Part shown: positions 57,801 to 59,784 of the stretch, in pieces
How the letters are laid out: each line of letters opens with the position of its first letter
Position numbering within the stretch: the stretch's first letter is position 1
DNA from: a virus
Lineage: Duplodnaviria; Caudoviricetes
IMG/VR virus record: IMGVR_UViG_3300027741_000069
Location: 1 to 59,784 of that record
Strand: one strand, 5' to 3'
DNA length: 59,784 nt
The notes under the pieces: generated by a model
The model's input: the letters and a program-made list of their open reading frames with translations, nothing else
The model's database searches: none
What the model was told of the DNA's origin: nothing
Translations under genes and position numbers: made by a program

Positions 57801-59784
57801 ATGTCTGATTTCCCAAAATACCATGGTATTACGCTTGCTGCTAATTCTTGGATTGAAAACCTAGTCTTAGAAAGTTTTGCTAATGATCCATTTCCAGTTG
57901 ATGCTGGTCGTGTGTGGTTTAACACAACTGAGAAAAAAATAAAGTACTCTATTTTTGCTGCAAACGGCGACGTTCAAAAAATTGGTGTTCCAACACCAAC
58001 AGAACTTGCTCAAGTTTTGACTGATGCTGAATCATATACTGATACTAAAATTAGTGATTTGATTGCTGCTGCTCCAGCCGCATTGGATACATTGAAAGAA
58101 TTAGCTGATGCAATTAGAAATGATCCAAGTTTTGCTATCAATGTTGCCAGCAACATTGCCAATATCAATGCAGTTACTGGAACATTGTCTTATTTGACTA
58201 CAACTACCAAAGCAAATTTGGTTTCTGCTATCAATGAAGTTAATTCTTCAAGCGGTTCAGCTTTAGATGCAGAAAAAACAACTCGTTTCAATGCAGACAC
58301 AACATTGCAGAATAACATTGACTTAGAAGCTAGCACTCGCGCTGCTGCTGATTTAGCTGAAATCACAGCTCGTACTGCTGCTGTAAATGCAGAAGCTACA
58401 ACTCGTGCTAATGCAGACACAACATTGCAAAATAACATCAATGCAGAAGCAACAACTCGTGCTAATGCAGACACAACATTGCAAAATAACATTAATACAG
58501 AGAAGACAGCTCGTATTGCTGCTGATGATGCAGAAGCCACAACTCGTGCTAACGCAGACACAACATTGCAAGCCAATATTAATGCAGAAGCAACAACCCG
58601 TGCTGCTGCTGATTTGGCAGAGATTACAGCTCGTACTGCTGCTGATAATGCAGAAGCAACAACTCGTGCTAATGCAGTTACAACATTGCAAGCCAATATT
58701 GATGCAGAAGCAACAACCCGTGCTAATGCTGATAATACAGAGAAGACAGCCCGTATTGCTGCTGATGATGCAGAAGCCACAACTCGTGCTAATGCAGTTA
58801 CAACATTGCAAGCTAATATTGATGCAGAAGCTACAAGTCGTGCTAATGCAGATTTAGCTGAAATCACAGCTCGTACTGCTGCTGATAATACAGAAATTAC
58901 AGCTCGTACTGCTGCTGTTAATGCAGAAGCTACAGCTCGCGCTGCTGCTGATGCAACATTGCAAGCCAATATTGATGCAGAAGCAACAACCCGTGCTGCT
59001 GCTGATTTGGCAGAGATTACAGCTCGTACTGCTGCTGATAATACAGAGAAGACAGCTCGTATTGCTGCTGATGACGCAGAGGCCACAGTTCGTGCCAATG
59101 CAGACGCAACATTGCAAAGCAATATTAATGCAGAAATTACAGCTCGTCAAAATGCTATTCTTGCAGAAATCACAGCTCGTGATGCTGCTATTAATGTAGA
59201 AGTTTCGGCACGTAGACAAGCCATTTCTGACTTGGTTAATGGTGCTCCAGCATTGTTGGATACATTGAAAGAGTTGTCTGACGCTATTGCTGCTGATGAA
59301 AATTTTGCTGTTCACGTCGCTAGCAACATTGCTAATGTCAGAACAGACATGGGTAGCTTGTCAAGCTTAAGTACAACTGCTAAAACTAATTTAGTTTCTG
59401 CTATTAACGAGATTTACTCTGCAGGTGGCGCTAGTGTCAACAATGAAATTACAGCTCGTCAAAATGCAGATATAACCTTGCAAAATAACATTAATGCAGA
59501 AGCAACAACTCGTGCTAATGCAGATACAACATTGCAAAATAACATCAATGCAGAAGCCACAGCTCGTGCTAATGCAGATTTAGCTGAAGTTACAGCTCGT
59601 ACTGCTGCTGTTAATGCAGAAGCTACAGCTCGTGCTGCTGCTGATACAACATTGCAAGCTAATATTAATGCAGAAATCACAGCTCGTCAAAGTGCAGTTG
59701 ATGCAGAAGCCACAGCTCGTACTGCTGCTGATAATACAGAAATCACAGCTCGTACTGCTGCTGTTAATGCAGAAGCTACAGCTC
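57801..59784 (+). CDS. Long coiled-coil fibre protein (partial, runs off the right edge)
   Basis: Not in the ORF track (no stop in the window). AAGGA SD, then ATG 57801 MSDFPKYHGITLAANSWIENL...; APAALDTLKELADAI and NLVSAINE modules occur twice, with 11- and 18-residue E..AR..AD repeats. Confidence 0.85.
   Translation, partial: MSDFPKYHGITLAANSWIENLVLESFANDPFPVDAGRVWFNTTEKKIKYSIFAANGDVQKIGVPTPTELAQVLTDAESYTDTKISDLIAAAPAALDTLKELADAIRNDPSFAINVASNIANINAVTGTLSYLTTTTKANLVSAINEVNSSSGSALDAEKTTRFNADTTLQNNIDLEASTRAAADLAEITARTAAVNAEATTRANADTTLQNNINAEATTRANADTTLQNNINTEKTARIAADDAEATTRANADTTLQANINAEATTRAAADLAEITARTAADNAEATTRANAVTTLQANIDAEATTRANADNTEKTARIAADDAEATTRANAVTTLQANIDAEATSRANADLAEITARTAADNTEITARTAAVNAEATARAAADATLQANIDAEATTRAAADLAEITARTAADNTEKTARIAADDAEATVRANADATLQSNINAEITARQNAILAEITARDAAINVEVSARRQAISDLVNGAPALLDTLKELSDAIAADENFAVHVASNIANVRTDMGSLSSLSTTAKTNLVSAINEIYSAGGASVNNEITARQNADITLQNNINAEATTRANADTTLQNNINAEATARANADLAEVTARTAAVNAEATARAAADTTLQANINAEITARQSAVDAEATARTAADNTEITARTAAVNAEATA
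58265..59784. repeat. Mosaic of 33-bp and 54-bp coding repeats
   Basis: Recurrent gcagaagc(a/c)acaactcgtgctaatgcagacacaacattgcaa and gaaatcacagctcgtactgctgctg units. Confidence 0.9.

Noticed and set aside
57564-59680. Minus-strand ORFs 57564-57824 and 58190-59122, and Cys-rich ORFs
   Set aside because: Antisense shadows of the purine-rich leader and the coiled-coil repeats; the real gene is the plus-strand frame from 57801.
1-59784. Stop-codon reassignment, diversity-generating retroelement or defence system
   Set aside because: Genes are full length under the standard code, with TAA, TAG and TGA all used as stops. No reverse transcriptase, template/variable repeat pair or recognisable defence genes were seen in this window.

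Overview
A 59.8-kb segment of an AT-rich, large T4-related (myovirus-type) bacteriophage genome using the standard genetic code; no cellular genes, tRNAs, rRNAs or CRISPR arrays were seen. From left to right: (1) a minus-strand tail-fibre and baseplate block (1-36860). It holds a >2330-aa modular collagen/LamG fibre running off the left edge, further GYTGS-collagen fibres, a 3973-aa baseplate protein, and gp6-, gp25-, gp5-, gp27-, gp53- and tube-initiator-like genes. (2) A plus-strand block with a gp55-like late sigma factor, gp47/gp46 (Mre11/Rad50-like) and a Holliday-junction resolvase. (3) A ~480-nt non-coding, heavily base-paired element (41280-41760) with two candidate pseudoknots, the best candidate for something undescribed. 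(4) A gp26-like tail chaperone with an apparent -1 programmed frameshift, divergent from a tape-measure gene. (5) A head module (portal, core proteins, protease, scaffold, major capsid) bracketed by two free-standing homing endonucleases. (6) Small structured intergenic elements, further virion and fibre genes, and a repeat-built coiled-coil fibre running off the right edge. A TAAATA late-promoter motif recurs, four times exactly 5 nt before an ATG, suggesting leaderless mRNAs. All protein calls come from motif recognition and gene order; no searches were run.
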